A stretch of DNA of 64,000 bases from Eledone cirrhosa (Eukaryota). The position numbers and the translations under genes are program-made. This document shows, piece by piece, positions 12,570 through 28,132 of this stretch. The DNA is taken from the NCBI GenBank assembly GCA_964016885.1, contig OZ024740.1, forward strand, positions 162,192,001-162,256,000. Direction: 5' to 3'. The notes under the pieces are model-generated. The model was not told the origin of the DNA, searched no databases, and was given only the letters and a program-made list of their open reading frames with translations. Numbering within the stretch: the stretch's first letter is position 1; every line of letters starts with the position of its first letter.

Positions 12570-13074
12570 CTTCCCTAAAACTCAAATGTAGGTGCTACAG
12601 AAATATTACCTTCCCCTTCCTTTCTCCACTTTGGTACTACCAAGAGAAACACTGTCTCTATAGAAACATTACCTTCCCCTCTCCACTGACTTTGGTCACT
12701 GAGGCCGAGGGAATCGCTGGTTGCTATAGAGACACCTTACATAAGCCAGAAGTAACCAGTTAGAGGCGGTTCTGACTTGACACCATGCCAAGGACCATTT
12801 GAAGATATATTTCCATCGTTATATCATAACGTTTATGTATCATAACGTTTATATTTCCGTCACTAATCTCTTTTTCTCCTTTTTCATTTTAACATATATT
12901 TATTTCAAAGATTTCACCGTATAGATAACATATATATTTATACATGCATAAAAGACACACCGAGAGACGGTGAACATGTGGTGCCGAAAACATTTCTCAT
13001 CCAAATCTCAACAATATCAGTATATACACTAGATTTGATAGCAGAAAACCGCCCACCGGGTGGTTTTCTGCTAG

Positions 13075-13644
13075 TCTATATATATAAAACTGAGGATGTC
13101 TGTGCGTTAGTTTAAACTAGAGAAGCACCCAACCGACTGTTTTCAAACTTTACACATGTAATACTTATGTTTCAGGGAGTATTCTGAGCAAAAATATTTC
13201 AAATTTTCAGTACCCTAGGGACCGCATTAGGCGATTTAGCGATCTCTCTCTATAATTCTTAGTCTTTCTCTTTTTAGATACATACATATAACGTCGCGCC
13301 CTTATAATATCTGTCTGTATGTCTGGCTGTCTGCATTACGTCAATTCCTACAATTCGCTCTGCATCCAGAACGCGCCCTTATAATATCTGTCTGTATATC
13401 TGGCTGTCTGCTGCCTTCGGTTATTCTGCCACCCTTGCTCAAGACAAATCTCACACTCATTTCCCAAACAGTTGGTAAGTGCACACAACTTCTTCCTCAC
13501 GTTTTAATCCACAGTGTTGCTTACTTACGTACCACCAGACCCTTACTTCTTTGCCAGCTGTGGTTGTGGCAATACTAAGCTTAGCTAAGGCGGTTATATA
13601 TTTCACAATACTTTATCCCGTGCAACGCCGGGTACCACTGCTAG
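13075..13644 (+). mobile_element. Non-autonomous Helitron
   Basis: 5' TCTATATATATAAAACTGAGGATGT; 3' hairpin CCCG..CGGG then CTAG|T; the 5' end matches the Helitron end at about 23340 (minus). Confidence 0.8.
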
Positions 13645-14399
13645 TTTTAAATACAATGTATGCTTAATCAAATCATCGGAAAACCTGATTAAAATTATAC
13701 ACGGTGTTTGTAATATACTAGGAAAATTCAAATCACAACATTAGTAATAAAGAAAGAAAAAGAAAAAAAAAGAGAGAGAAAAAATAAAAAAGAAAAAAGA
13801 AGAGAAAAAAGAAATGAGAAAAAATAAAAAGATAAAATAAAAATAAAAAATAAATAAATAAAAAATAATAATAATAATAATAAATAATTAAAAAAAAATA
13901 ATAATAATAAATAATAATAAAAAATAATAATAAAAAAAATAAAATAAAATAAAAATATTAATAAATAAGTTAGAATGAAGATAAAAAATAAGTATAAAAA
14001 TGTATGTGTGTGAAGAAAAGTGAACATAAAATGTTTGTTGAAAATAGTTGTGGTGGTTGTGGTGATTAAAATATAAAGATGGGATGGTATAAACATGAAA
14101 ATACTAAATATATACATATATGTAGTGGTTAAATTATATTATGAAGAAATAGTACAGTGCTAAATAAAGGGTAAATTAATAAATTAATAAATTGGAAGTT
14201 ACATTAGAAGTGAAGAGAACACGATAGGATATAATGGAAGAGGTGAAATAGTTTTAGGGAAAGAGAGTGAAAGAAAGAAAAGTTAGGAGGTTATGATGTT
14301 GATTCAGTGATTAGTTGATTTATTGACAGTTAATAATAATGGGTTATTATAATAGACTCATGTGGTATAGTTTGAATTATGGAATTGTTGGGTCGAATC

Positions 14400-14727
14400 A
14401 ATTTGGTTTGAAATTAGCGAATTTAGTAGCTGCTTTATGATTACAGAACATTGACCGTTCTATTTTGCTGTTAAGCAGCATTTTGTCATATTTTAAAATA
14501 TGGAGCAACACCATATTGCAAAGTCCGCAGTGGGACATTCCATTTTTGTAGGCCTTTGCTCCTGACAGTTTCGACCAGCTAATCCCGTATTCCAGGTTTG
14601 TATCTTTAACCTGTCAGATTTTATTGGCGAGCGCTGTTGTGTTCATTAGTCTACGGTTCTTTATAGAGTGTCTGTGGACGTACCATCTTTTTTTGAACTC
14701 CCCTGTCGTAGAACCTATGTAGTGCGC

Positions 14728-14730
<3 letters not shown>
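14400..14730 (-). pseudogene. PLE GIY-YIG endonuclease C-terminal fragment; AT-rich 3' region extends toward about 13650
   Basis: [20 protein letters not shown]...TALANKI*...CGLC...LLNSKIERSMFCNHK. Confidence 0.82.
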
Positions 14731-14786
<56 letters not shown>

Positions 14787-15109
14787 GTATATACATATAA
14801 TATATATGTATATTCATATATATATATATATATATTCAATATATATGTATATACATATATATATATATATGTATATACATATATATTGTATATATATATG
14901 TATATACATATATATATATATATGTATATACATATAAATTGTATATATATACATATATATTGTATATATATATATATTCTTTTCATGGATGTAAATTCCA
15001 TATATATTTTTTTTTCACTAACACTTTTATCGTAAAATTTTAGTCTCCTTAGATATTTACATTGGCATTATTCTTTTATAACAGCAACTTTTCGTGTACC
15101 TTTTACTGA

Positions 15110-15575
15110 CCTGACCTATTTTCACCCCTAATATAACCTTTTCATTCTTCATACTCCTTCCATTCAAAACTGAAATCTGCCTTCTTCTACCCCTAAAATA
15201 AACTTCCATTACTACTATTTTACCATTTGGCCAATTATTACCTTTCTATTGGTCAATTCAAAACCTGTTTCCAAACAGACATAATATATTAAATCTTTGT
15301 TGGTTTTATTCAATGAACAAATATAATTATTTCTGAGGTCAGCATATGACCTATTTTCATCCCTAAAATAATCTTTCATTCATAATATTATTTCCATCCA
15401 AAACTGAAATCTACCTTCCTCTACCCATAAATTAAGGTTCTTTTACTACTATTTTACCATCTTGACCTTCACTATCTTTCTATTGGTCAATTCAAAACCT
15501 GTTCCCAAACAGACCTATTGTATTAAATCTTTGTTGGTTTTTTTCAATAAACAAATATCATTATTTCTGAAGAGA
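15110..15575. repeat. Tandem duplication, two units of about 235 bp
   Basis: TGACCTATTTTCA...AAACTGAAATCT...CAATTCAAAACCTG...ATTTCTGA repeated. Confidence 0.85.
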
Positions 15576-15816
15576 GCATATATATGTGTAGGTATGTATA
15601 TTCCCTCAGATAGTTTGTAAAAATTTTACATAGATCTATAGGATATGCATACCAACACTAACATATATATCCTAGAAACGATCGTAAAATGATGAATTTT
15701 TTAATATAAGGAACTGTTTCTGTGTTTATTCATTATTTTATTAATTTATATATATATATGCAATATATATGTATATACATATATATATACATATATATAT
15801 GTGTATATACATATAT

Positions 15817-15872
<56 letters not shown>

Positions 15873-15956
15873 CATATATACATATATGTATATACATATA
15901 TATTGTATATATATATATATATATACACAATATATATGTATATACATATATATATA

Positions 15957-15996
<40 letters not shown>

Positions 15997-16032
15997 ATAT
16001 ATGTATATACATATATATATATATATATATAT

Positions 16033-16625
16033 AAGTATGTATACGTACATACATATATGTATACAGACGTACAGTAGTATATATATATATATACATACAT
16101 GCACACATATATATATGTACGTATGGATTCACCGAACATTTATTATAATGCTCGGTGTGTTTGTAAACAAACATCCCGAATTAAGCCGTACAGTATCTAG
16201 CAACCATCGTTGCTCATTTGTTCAAGGCTGACAAAGGAACGCTGTACTAGTTTCAAGCTTATTAGCTATCGTCAGCAACGTATACCTTCCTGCCAGATAT
16301 TGAACGTCTGAAAATATATACTTTCCTTATGCATATTAACGGCTGAGCAGCCTAATTTGCATATCGAGTGAGTTAATCGGCCGGGGTACCGAAAATGATA
16401 AACGGAAAAAATGAAACGAAATTTCATTTCTCACTCTTAGTACGGCTGTTACTTAAATATAAGTATGTATACGTACATACATATATGTATACAGACGTAC
16501 AGTAGTATGTATATATATATACATACATGCACACAAATATATATATGTACGTATGGATTCACCGAACATTTATTATAATGTACTAAGAGTGAGAAATGAA
16601 ATTTCGATTCATTTTTTTCCGTTTA
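16033..16625 (-). mobile_element. PLE-type pLTR family E with partial tandem repeat (second locus about 37570-38405, inverted plus tandem)
   Basis: Near-identical sequence at the two loci; direct repeat of the AAGTATGTATACGTAC...GGATTCACCGAAC block. Confidence 0.8.
16239..16281 (-). ncRNA. Minimal type-I hammerhead ribozyme, family E
   Basis: Reverse complement: ACGTTG-CTGACGA-TAGCT aata AGCTT-GAAA-CTAG-TA-CAGCGT. Confidence 0.88.
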
Positions 16626-16691
16626 TATATATATATGTATATACATATATATGTATATACATATATATTGTATATATATATATATACAATA

Positions 16692-16768
<77 letters not shown>

Positions 16769-16810
16769 CTAGCAGCAGTACCCAGCGTTGCCTGGGTAGG
16801 TAAAATAATA
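16769..16810 (-). mobile_element. Helitron 3' terminus
   Basis: Reverse complement: hairpin ACCCAG..CTGGGT followed by CTGCTGCTAG, like 13615-13644. Confidence 0.6.
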
Positions 16811-17410
16811 TCTGCTTTGATGAAAAGGTGTTGATCTTAGCGACTGCTTCTCGATGACTCATCTATGGCCACACACAGGCCATGCGGGGGAGGCTGGTGA
16901 TGATCTCTATCACTTAGAAACGCAGGTGATTGACGAAGAAGCATGCTGGGGCAGGGGGTTATTGACCTCTAACACTAAGCCAAATTTTCTCACGCTACTT
17001 GATTGGAAACCATTTTTCATTCACATATATTTTTCCCCCTCGCTGTGGTTCGTATTTTTTCTGTCACCTTACTGCTATCCTCTTTCTCTCTCCCCCTTCT
17101 CTCTTCTTCACCTCTTGCTTTCCTCCACTCCCGCTGCTGGTCACTCACTCTCGGCTGGCCCCTTCCTCACACTTTCACTCACTCACCCTCTGCTACTCCC
17201 CCTCTCTGACCTGCGTGAAATTCTTTCCTCTCTCACTTTTCTCGTGGCTCGGACGTGTCTGTTTCTTCTCGTCATTTGATTTGTCGGACTTAAGCCCACA
17301 AGATTCATTGACTTGTCTCTCTTTTCCTCTCTTCACGTTGTATTACTACCATATTGTTTGTTTCCTTTCCTCTATTTTCTTCTGTCCCGATAACTTGATT
17401 TAGTTATCGC

Positions 17411-17481
17411 TCGCACTGATTTTAGGTATATAGTCTTTAATGCGAAGAAATACCAATAATAATCAGCAGACTACTGATGAA
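17411..17481 (+). ncRNA. Permuted/pseudoknotted hammerhead-like motif (family P)
   Basis: TCGCA-9 nt-GGTA-TA^TAGTCT-TTAA-TGCGA-A-GAAA-TACC-13 nt-AGACTA-CTGATGA. Confidence 0.65.
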
Positions 17482-17513
17482 GGACATTCTTGTTTCTCGG
17501 TCTATTTGTATTG

Positions 17514-17546
<33 letters not shown>

Positions 17547-17813
17547 GGTATATATATATATATATATAGGTATATATATATGTATATATATGTATATATA
17601 TATATTTCGTTTCTGAATTTGTTTAGCAAGATTCTTTATCTGAAAACTTGTTCTGAAGCCGATATTGTTATACTTTGGGAGGGTCATGTTGCCAATAAGA
17701 AACACACGCACCAGTTGTTTCACTCCAATTTATTAAAATTAAATTTATAAATTTAAGAAAATTTGTAAATTTCCGGTTGGTTGGTTCCACAACCAGACGA
17801 TTGTTCATATATT

Positions 17814-17856
17814 GTCAAAGTACTTTCGTCACACATTCTGTGATCTCTTCAGTGAC
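17814..17856 (-). ncRNA. Minimal hammerhead ribozyme, family C
   Basis: Reverse complement: GTCA-CTGAAGA-GATCACA gaatg TGTGAC-GAAA-GTAC-TT-TGAC (palindrome AAAGTACTTT). Confidence 0.82.
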
Positions 17857-17949
17857 TGGGGATTCTTTTCTTTGTTTTGTGCCTCTCCCTTGTTCTATCG
17901 TACGCTATCTTGATTTTGTGTGTGTTCAGAACAGGACAGAACAAATTTT

Positions 17950-19310
17950 TATATTGTTCCTTAATAGGAACAATATAAAATATCCTTCTCTACTACTCCT
18001 AACCTAGCAGACATCATAGGAACAACTAATCACAGTAAGATCACCAAGACACAGCACCTTAGCACAGACGCACCTACACCTGACAATAACTATATCGGCC
18101 TTAACGACGACTCCCTAGCAGCATTCAATAGTGCTGGCAACAGCCTCTACAGACGCAACCAGCATAACCTCAACATGACTGGAGAACATGCAGGACATGA
18201 CGTGCGGAATAATAATGGTACCACCCCGCGCAAGTGTAGGAGCGTAGGTAACAACGTAGATAGCAATAATGATAGCCTTACCGTTGGAATTAGAAGGGAC
18301 AGCGACCGAAATAGCAACTGCCGCGACAGGGGACGCTGCCCCCTTAGGGGATACTGCTTGACTGATAGGGTTATATATAGGTGCGCTGTAACTAGCCACA
18401 GTAGCGTTAAACATTATATAGGGGCTACCTCTGGCCCGTTCAAAATTAGATTTCGAACACATCTCCACTCTTTCACAAATAAGAAATTAAGACACTCCAC
18501 TTCACTCGCGGACTACATCACATCATTAAAACACTTAAACATCAGCTACTCCACGCACTGGGATATTGTCGGCAGGGCTGCACCGTACAACTTCAAGAGG
18601 AAGTGCGATCTTTGCCTCATGGAGCTCTATCACATTATAACGGCACCCCACGAGCTCATCAACAGCAGAGCTGAAACGGCGATAGGCTGTACAGATCGCT
18701 TAAAAATATCCTTCTTCAGATGGGATAAGGATGAGGAGTGAAACCGTAAACCGGGTCTCCCTGCAACAAGCTTTAACACCCCGGCGGGCAGGCGCTGCAA
18801 AAAACATCCGGAAACTAACCAAGCATCCCAGACCCAGCTTTAAATGACCCAGGCGGGCAGGTGCAGCAAACAAACGTTGCTTACCTGACCCTGTGCGTAT
18901 CGACAATGGTAAAGTTGTAACCGCATCTTGTATAAAAAATTTGTCCGGGAAAGACTGCCCTAACACCAGCCAGAGTTACGTCTCTTGACCTACTGCAAAA
19001 TCAAAACACGCTTTTTGCGAAGAATGAACTCTGACGTGAACTTATCTCCAAAAACACTTTCCGGGCCATGTAAGGAACACTTTTTAGTTATTTATGCCCT
19101 TGAGAAGCCCATCCGGGCGAAACGTACATAGGTGATGTTTTAAATAAACATGTATTAATGGTCTGTTCTCCTATTTCTTACTGTTCTCCTATTTCTAATA
19201 TTTAACACTGCCGGCACTAGTATTGAGCACCTTCTGCATACGCTATTTGGCAAATAATTACATGTATCACCTATCCCTCCTTTTCTCTCTCTCGATACGC
19301 AAATACTCTA
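17950..19310 (+). mobile_element. 5'-truncated Penelope-like element: linker, GIY-YIG endonuclease ORF (18175-18741) and 3' pLTR
   Basis: NCRDRGRCPLRGYC...VIYRC...HYIGATSGPFKIRFRTHLHSF...CDLCLME...LINSRAE; HHR-like motif and AATAAA downstream. Confidence 0.9.
19095..19134 (+). ncRNA. Variant minimal hammerhead (TTGAGAA core) at the PLE 3' end
   Basis: TGCCC-TTGAGAA-GCCC atcc GGGC-GAAA-CGTACA-TA-GGTG. Confidence 0.65.
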
Positions 19311-19363
19311 TATGTATATATATATATATATATATAATATATATGTATATATATATATGTATC

Positions 19364-19394
<31 letters not shown>

Positions 19395-19650
19395 TATATA
19401 TATATAATATATATATAAAATATATATATAAATATATATATATATAGTATTAAGGATACTATTTATGGTTATGTATATACTAAAACTTTTTATAGTTATA
19501 TATATTTTAAACCCTAAACAGTGAAAGACAGTAATTTATTACTACCTTATTACCAGTAAGATAAATAGCTCAATGTAATAACATCAGTTGTTCTACAGAG
19601 CAGTTATATAGAATTTACAGGAATCAAAGCTATGTTCAAAGCATTTATTA

Positions 19651-19695
19651 GCTTACAATTGTTTCATCCAAACCGAGGCTTGGAGTCTTCGGAGC
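19651..19695 (-). ncRNA. Variant minimal hammerhead (CCGAAGA core)
   Basis: Reverse complement: GCT-CCGAAGA-C TCCAAGC ctcg GTTTGGA T-GAAA-CAATTG-TA-AGC-TAATAAA. Confidence 0.72.
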
Positions 19696-19917
19696 ATTTT
19701 TCAATGTTTGTATACATACATGACCTCATTTCCAACGCAAGAGACATACAGATACATATGTATATATTGATTTACAGTGGGGTGACATATATTATATTAT
19801 TTCTGAATGGCAATTTAAATTCAAAAATTAAAATCACATTAAAACAGAATCAAAGCAAAATTAAAATTAAAATACAACATCAATGCAAATTTAAAATACA
19901 ATCGGCAGTTAACGTAG

Positions 19918-20097
19918 ATAATTGTTTCTACATTTGGCACAAGGCCAGCAATTATCCAGTGTATTACTGGTACTTTATTTTATCGACCCCGTAAGGATGA
20001 AAGGCAAAGTTAACCTCGGCGGGATTTGAACTCAGATCGTAAAGGGACGTAACTATGCTGCAAAGCATGGCGTCCGACCCTCTACCGATACTGCCAA
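19918..20097 (-). mobile_element. SINE
   Basis: Main family, near full length. Confidence 0.9.
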
Positions 20098-21109
20098 AAT
20101 GCAAGAGGATAGTTTGTTAATCAGTTGTAGTAGTTATTGTATGCATTAGTTACACGTGGGGCATGCACGTGTGTCTTATTTATATATGATTATTGTGCGG
20201 CAGGGTGTTATATGTAATACAAGCACTTTAAGCGGGTAATCAAGAGTATTATGGAGGTTGTAGTGGTAAGGTATTTTTTGTATATGATAAAGAAGCTTGT
20301 GTGCAGAAAAATAGTATAAATGAGAAGCAAAATAATGTTATGGTTTTTGTATACACCACCATTTACATATTCAGGAAACGTAATATATAGTTTATATGTC
20401 CTTCACATAATTAACGATGATTCCGTATTGGATGTTTGATGTATTAAGTTGAATAGCTTGTTGCGGCTCAGTGTTCTTTAATCCAATTTTATAGAGCAGG
20501 TTGTTTCTGTTGCGAGAATTTACATAGTTTTATTATCCGGAGGTATGTGTGTGATTAAGGGGAGTTAATGCGTGAGGGGAGGTAACTAGCTGATTTCTAT
20601 GACTAAATTTATTATTCTAACATACATTAAAAGGTGTCTCAATTGAGTCCCTTATATATACAGTTATATAGTTTCCAAATTTAAGTATCCTATCCTTAAT
20701 TACAGTCTACTCTATCATGAAGTACTAAAGGTATCTATATTAGGATGATTACTCCATATCATAGAGTGCTACAACTGAATATTCCATACGAAGAGTCAGA
20801 TCTACATATTAAAGTTCTTTGTAAATGTAGTCTACTCACAGAACCTGTCAGGGGCCCTATTAGAACCACGTCTATATAACCCCTGGTAAGCTCTGGGTCA
20901 GCGTATGGCTGGTTGCATGGCAAAGTTAAATATCTCTAGGGTAGACCAAAAAACATGTCTCTCTTACAATGTCATTAATCTATCATGATTATATAACTCA
21001 CATACCATTTGTACATAATTCATTGTACTCAACATATAGGTTATACAGTTCTCTTATGTTAATAAATTAATCCTCTATTTATCTAATGATAGCACTCCAT
21101 ACATACAAT

Positions 21110-21168
<59 letters not shown>

Positions 21169-21319
21169 ATGTACATATACACGAACTAGACAAAGTCACA
21201 GATATATATGCTTTGGCAACCATTCACGATGTGGCTCAATGATGAATTAATAAATTAAATAATCAGAGCAATATACTATAAAGTATGTCCATAGAATCAT
21301 TTGATAAGATATATACACC

Positions 21320-23477
<2,158 letters not shown>

Positions 23478-23529
23478 ATATATGTATATATAGAATATAT
23501 ATATATATATGTATGTATGTATATATTAT

Positions 23530-24215
23530 ATAAATTTAGTCCTTCATCAGTGATCTTCCAGCCTTCATTGGTATTTGATCGCTTTAAAGACCATATACCT
23601 CTGGTTGGTGCGAGCAACGGCTAAAGAAAGTCGTTGGGACACGTAAATAGGGGGAACGAGCGAGACAGTAAACAAACAAAGATGGTAATGCAACGAAAGG
23701 TGAGGAAGAAGGAGTCAAGTCCTTGAAATCGTAGACGAGAGAGAATAAAGACCATCCAACCTGGTCGAAAAACCCGTCTGTTTCTTTCTTACTGCTTCCC
23801 CTTTCTCTGTACCTCTCACTTTCTTTTAACCCCCTCTAACAGTCACTCTCTCTGTTAGTCTCTTCCTCACACTTTCACTCACTCACCCTCTGCTACTCCC
23901 TCTCCTACTTTCTCCCGTTTGACCTGTGCGAAATGTTTTCCTCACTCACATTTCGACCAGGTCGGATGGTCTTTATTCTCTCTCGTCCACGATTTCACAG
24001 AACTTATGTTCATCGATTTCAGGGACTTGACTCCTTCTTCCTCACTTTTAGTTGCATTACCATCTTTGTTTGTTTACTGTCTCGCTCATTCCCCCTAGTT
24101 ACGTGTCCCAACGACTTTCTTTAGCCGTTGCTCGCACCAACCGCGGTATATGGTCTTTAAAGTGATGAAATACCAATGAAGGCTGGAAGATCACTGATGA
24201 AGGACTAAATTTATT
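23530..24215. mobile_element. Family P element in foldback arrangement; motifs at 23544-23613 (minus) and 24132-24201 (plus)
   Basis: About 230-bp inverted arms; interior shares CTCACACTTTCACTCACTCACCCTCTGCTACTCCC with 17165-17200; (TA)n-rich on both sides. Confidence 0.8.
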
Positions 24216-24960
24216 CATATATATTATATATATACATATATATTGTATAGATATATATATATTATATATATATGTATATATATATATATATATATATACA
24301 TATATATATACATACATACATATATATATATTCGATATATATACATATATATATATATAAATTAATATATGATAAACACTTACGTGTTTTTGTTGTAATT
24401 GACAATAAAATAGTTAGAATGAAATATCTTAATTCAAATACATATAGTCTGCCTGTGTCGATCTAAAAAGTAATAAATCAATACTCACAAACACATATCG
24501 GCAAAAGGCCTTGGTACCTAGACACGTTTAAATTTCAAAATACAAACTTTTTCCGCAGATCAGTCCGAACTTCAAAATTTAAACATGTTTCACAAAGGAT
24601 GGTATAATAGTGAAATAATTAATTAATTAGTAGTGAGATAATTAATTTTCTGTGTTTATCAATAGGTACCCAGATAAATTAAGTAACTTCACCTCGGAAA
24701 AATATCTAAGGTCTGGTTAACGTAGCGAAAATACACGAGGTTTTGCACACGAATTATTCCAGTCCTCTAGCCTCCCATACTCATAGTGCTAGAAATAACA
24801 GCCGTTTATATGGGATTACAAATTCAGCTCAACTGAGGGAGCAGTAATATAATATAATTTAGAGTTTACACTCAATGGGGTCATTTACAATTATTTTAGC
24901 TCTAAGAAACATTTCTGAGCAGTATAAATTAATATATGATAAACACTTAGAGCTAAAATA

Positions 24961-25002
<42 letters not shown>

Positions 25003-25151
25003 ATATGTATATAAATATATATACATATATTATACATATATATACATATATTATACATATATATATATATATATATATGAGCGGAACAAGTAAACATTAA
25101 ACAATCTTTTAAATAAATTAAAATACGATTTAAATATTTACCTCTTCTAGT

Positions 25152-25231
25152 GCCATGACCGACAGTTTCGTTTATCAAAAGATTGGAAATTCAGAGAATT
25201 TCCAATGGAAAGATATAGCTCTTCAGATAGC
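25152..25231 (-). ncRNA. Type-I hammerhead ribozyme with long stem II
   Basis: Reverse complement: GCTAT-CTGAAGA-G..TATC..ATTGGAAA/TTTCCAAT..GATA..C-GAAA-CTGTCGG-TC-ATGGC. Confidence 0.8.
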
Positions 25232-25510
25232 TTTTCCAAATCTACTAGACATAAGTCCGTATAGATGTAGATATATCACCCTCTGCCCAGTGAATGAATC
25301 AAGCCGTTAAAATGACCCACACACTTATTGGACCGTTAGAAAAAGCGGGAATTATAGACTCGCTGATATTTCATGCTGCTAGAAATAGCAGCATGATACA
25401 GCATTTTTTTCTCTACATTAAGGAGAATTAGATAAATGATATAGATATCCCAGTAGGTACTAGGTACCCACGGAAATATATATGGTGTCTATAATAGTGG
25501 TTGTTCTATG

Positions 25511-25570
<60 letters not shown>

Positions 25571-25719
25571 TATATATATATACATATATATTATATAGTG
25601 GCGAAGGGTAACCTGAAAAGCAGAGCTTGCAGTCCAATCGCCATGGCGGAAAGTGGGGCTGTGCAGCCTTACACCCCCCATTCCCTCTAAAGGCCCCCCC
25701 CCCGGTCAGAGCCGCATGT

Positions 25720-25975
25720 AGTGTTATCTAGTGTGTGTGTGTGCGTGTTATCTTTTTATGTGTCTACAATTTAGTAAGCAGTCAAAATTCTGCTTGCCCC
25801 ATAGCTGTCGTGTGTTTGTGTGTGTGTGTGTGTGTTATCTTTTTATGTGTCTACGATTTAGTAAGCAGTCAAAATTCTGCTTGCCCCATAGCTGTTGTGT
25901 GTATGTGTTTGTGTGTGTGTGTGTGTTATCTTTTTTGTGTCTATACGTTTTAGTAAGCAGCCAAAATTCTGCTTG
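25720..25975. repeat. Tandem repeat, about 3 units of about 80 bp including a (TG)n spacer
   Basis: GTTATCTTTTTATGTGTCTAC..TTTAGTAAGCAGTCAAAATTCTGCTTGC repeated. Confidence 0.85.
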
Positions 25976-26040
25976 CTTCAACCGACGCAATTGATCAACT
26001 CAAGATTCTATAACGTATACACGCACCCTTCGTCCCTGAC

Positions 26041-26277
26041 ATATAAATTTATTCATGTGTACGCGCGTTTCGTGATTGATCAGCTCTAGGTGTGGTCCGT
26101 ATTGATCGAACTTGACTCTGGAATCAATAGCTCATCATAAGGAAACCAAGAGTCTAATGAGTTATTGTTTCCAGACTCGGGCCTGATGATATGGATCGCA
26201 TCTTGAGCTGATGAATCGCGAAACGCGCGTCACACCTGAATAAACTTAATGATGATATTTTGACCCATCATTCCTAC

Positions 26278-26280
<3 letters not shown>
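26041..26280. mobile_element. Imperfect palindromic element of about 250 bp (inverted second copy 27133-27398)
   Basis: Each copy is self-complementary with diverged arms; GCTGAT(G/C)AATC(G/A)CGAAACGCGCGT...AATAAA occurs on both strands. Confidence 0.75.
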
Positions 26281-26322
<42 letters not shown>

Positions 26323-26742
26323 ATATAAATATATATACATATCCATATATATATATATATCGTTTCTGAATTTGTTTAGCAAGAATCTTTATCTGAAAAC
26401 GTGTGTTGAAACCGATATTGTTATACTTTGGGAGGGTCATGTTGCCAATAAGAAACACACGCACCAGTTGCTTTCACTTCAATTTATTATAAATTAAATT
26501 TATAAATTTAAGAATTTATAAATTTCCGGTTGGTTGGTTCGTTCCACAACCAGACGATTGTTCATATATTGTCAAAGTTATTTCGTGACACATTCTGTGA
26601 TCTCTTCAGTGGCTGGGGATTCTTTTTTTTGTTTTTGTGCCTCTCCTTTGTTCTGTCCTACGCCATCTTGTTTTTGTGTGTGTTGTGTGGTTAGTTTGCG
26701 CATGTGTTACATATGTATATGTATATATATATATTTATATAT

Positions 26743-26822
<80 letters not shown>

Positions 26823-26856
26823 CCATATACATATATATATATCCATATATATATAT

Positions 26857-26934
<78 letters not shown>

Positions 26935-26958
26935 ATATGTATATATATATGTATATGG

Positions 26959-27070
<112 letters not shown>

Positions 27071-27096
27071 GGATATGTATATATATATATGTATAT

Positions 27097-27135
<39 letters not shown>

Positions 27136-27402
27136 TAGGAATGAGGGGTCAAAATATCATCATTAAGTTTATTCAGGTGTGACGCGCTTTTCGCGATTCA
27201 TCAGCTCAAGGTGCGATCCATATTATCAGGCCCGAGTCTGGAAACAATAACTCATTAGTCTCTTGGATTCCTTATGTTGATCTATTGATTCCAGTGTCAA
27301 GTTCGGTCAATACGGACCACACCTAGAGCTGATCAATCACGAAACGCGCGTACACATGAATAAATTTAATGATGATACTTTGACACCTCATTCTTAGTCA
27401 TA

Positions 27403-27590
27403 ATTGGCAATATCGGTAGAGGGTCGGACACCATGCTTTGCAGTAATGAGTTACGGCCCTTTATGATCTGAATTCAAATCCCTCCGAGGTTAACTTTGCC
27501 TTTCATCCTTACGGGGTCGATAAAATAAAGTACCAGTAATGTACTGGTGTAATTTGCTGGCCTTGTGCCAAAAGTAGAAACGATTATTAT
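27403..27590 (+). mobile_element. SINE
   Basis: Main family. Confidence 0.9.
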
Positions 27591-27982
27591 TAACACTATC
27601 AGAAAAACCACCATTCGGGTGGTTTTCTGCTTGCATGTGTAGTGTGTATATTGATATTACACGCAGGTATATATACATGTAGATATGATACATCAAATAA
27701 AATCGTAATTGACAATATATCATAGAAATTGAATGAAGACTGCGTTACACTGTCTTATGTAATCAGTAACGTAATCCTTGATACATTAAAAAAGACGATA
27801 TTATATATAAACTGCATTAGAGAAAATTAGTGACAAAAAATTAGCATGTTTATTTAAGCGATGGCCAACCGGAAGTGTTGACATTTCAGTAATTTTAAAG
27901 AAGTGAATCTTTAAATAAACAAAATATATTTAATCAACAGCCACGAAATTTAGTAGATAAATTATGTAATATTCATTCATTA

Positions 27983-28132
27983 TGCTTTCCAGCATAGTTA
28001 CGTCCCTTTACGATCTGAGTTCAAATCCCGCCGAGGTTGACTTTGCCTTTCATCCTTACGGGATCGATAAAATAAAGTACCAGTAATGCACTGGGTAATT
28101 GCTGGCCTTGTGCCTAAAGTAGAAACAATTAT
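27983..28132 (+). mobile_element. SINE, 5'-truncated
   Basis: Main family. Confidence 0.88.

Noticed and set aside
20100-20700. Possible very old PLE RT remnants here, at 45600-46100 and at 63100-63800
   Set aside because: Only faint motif echoes; needs a profile-HMM search
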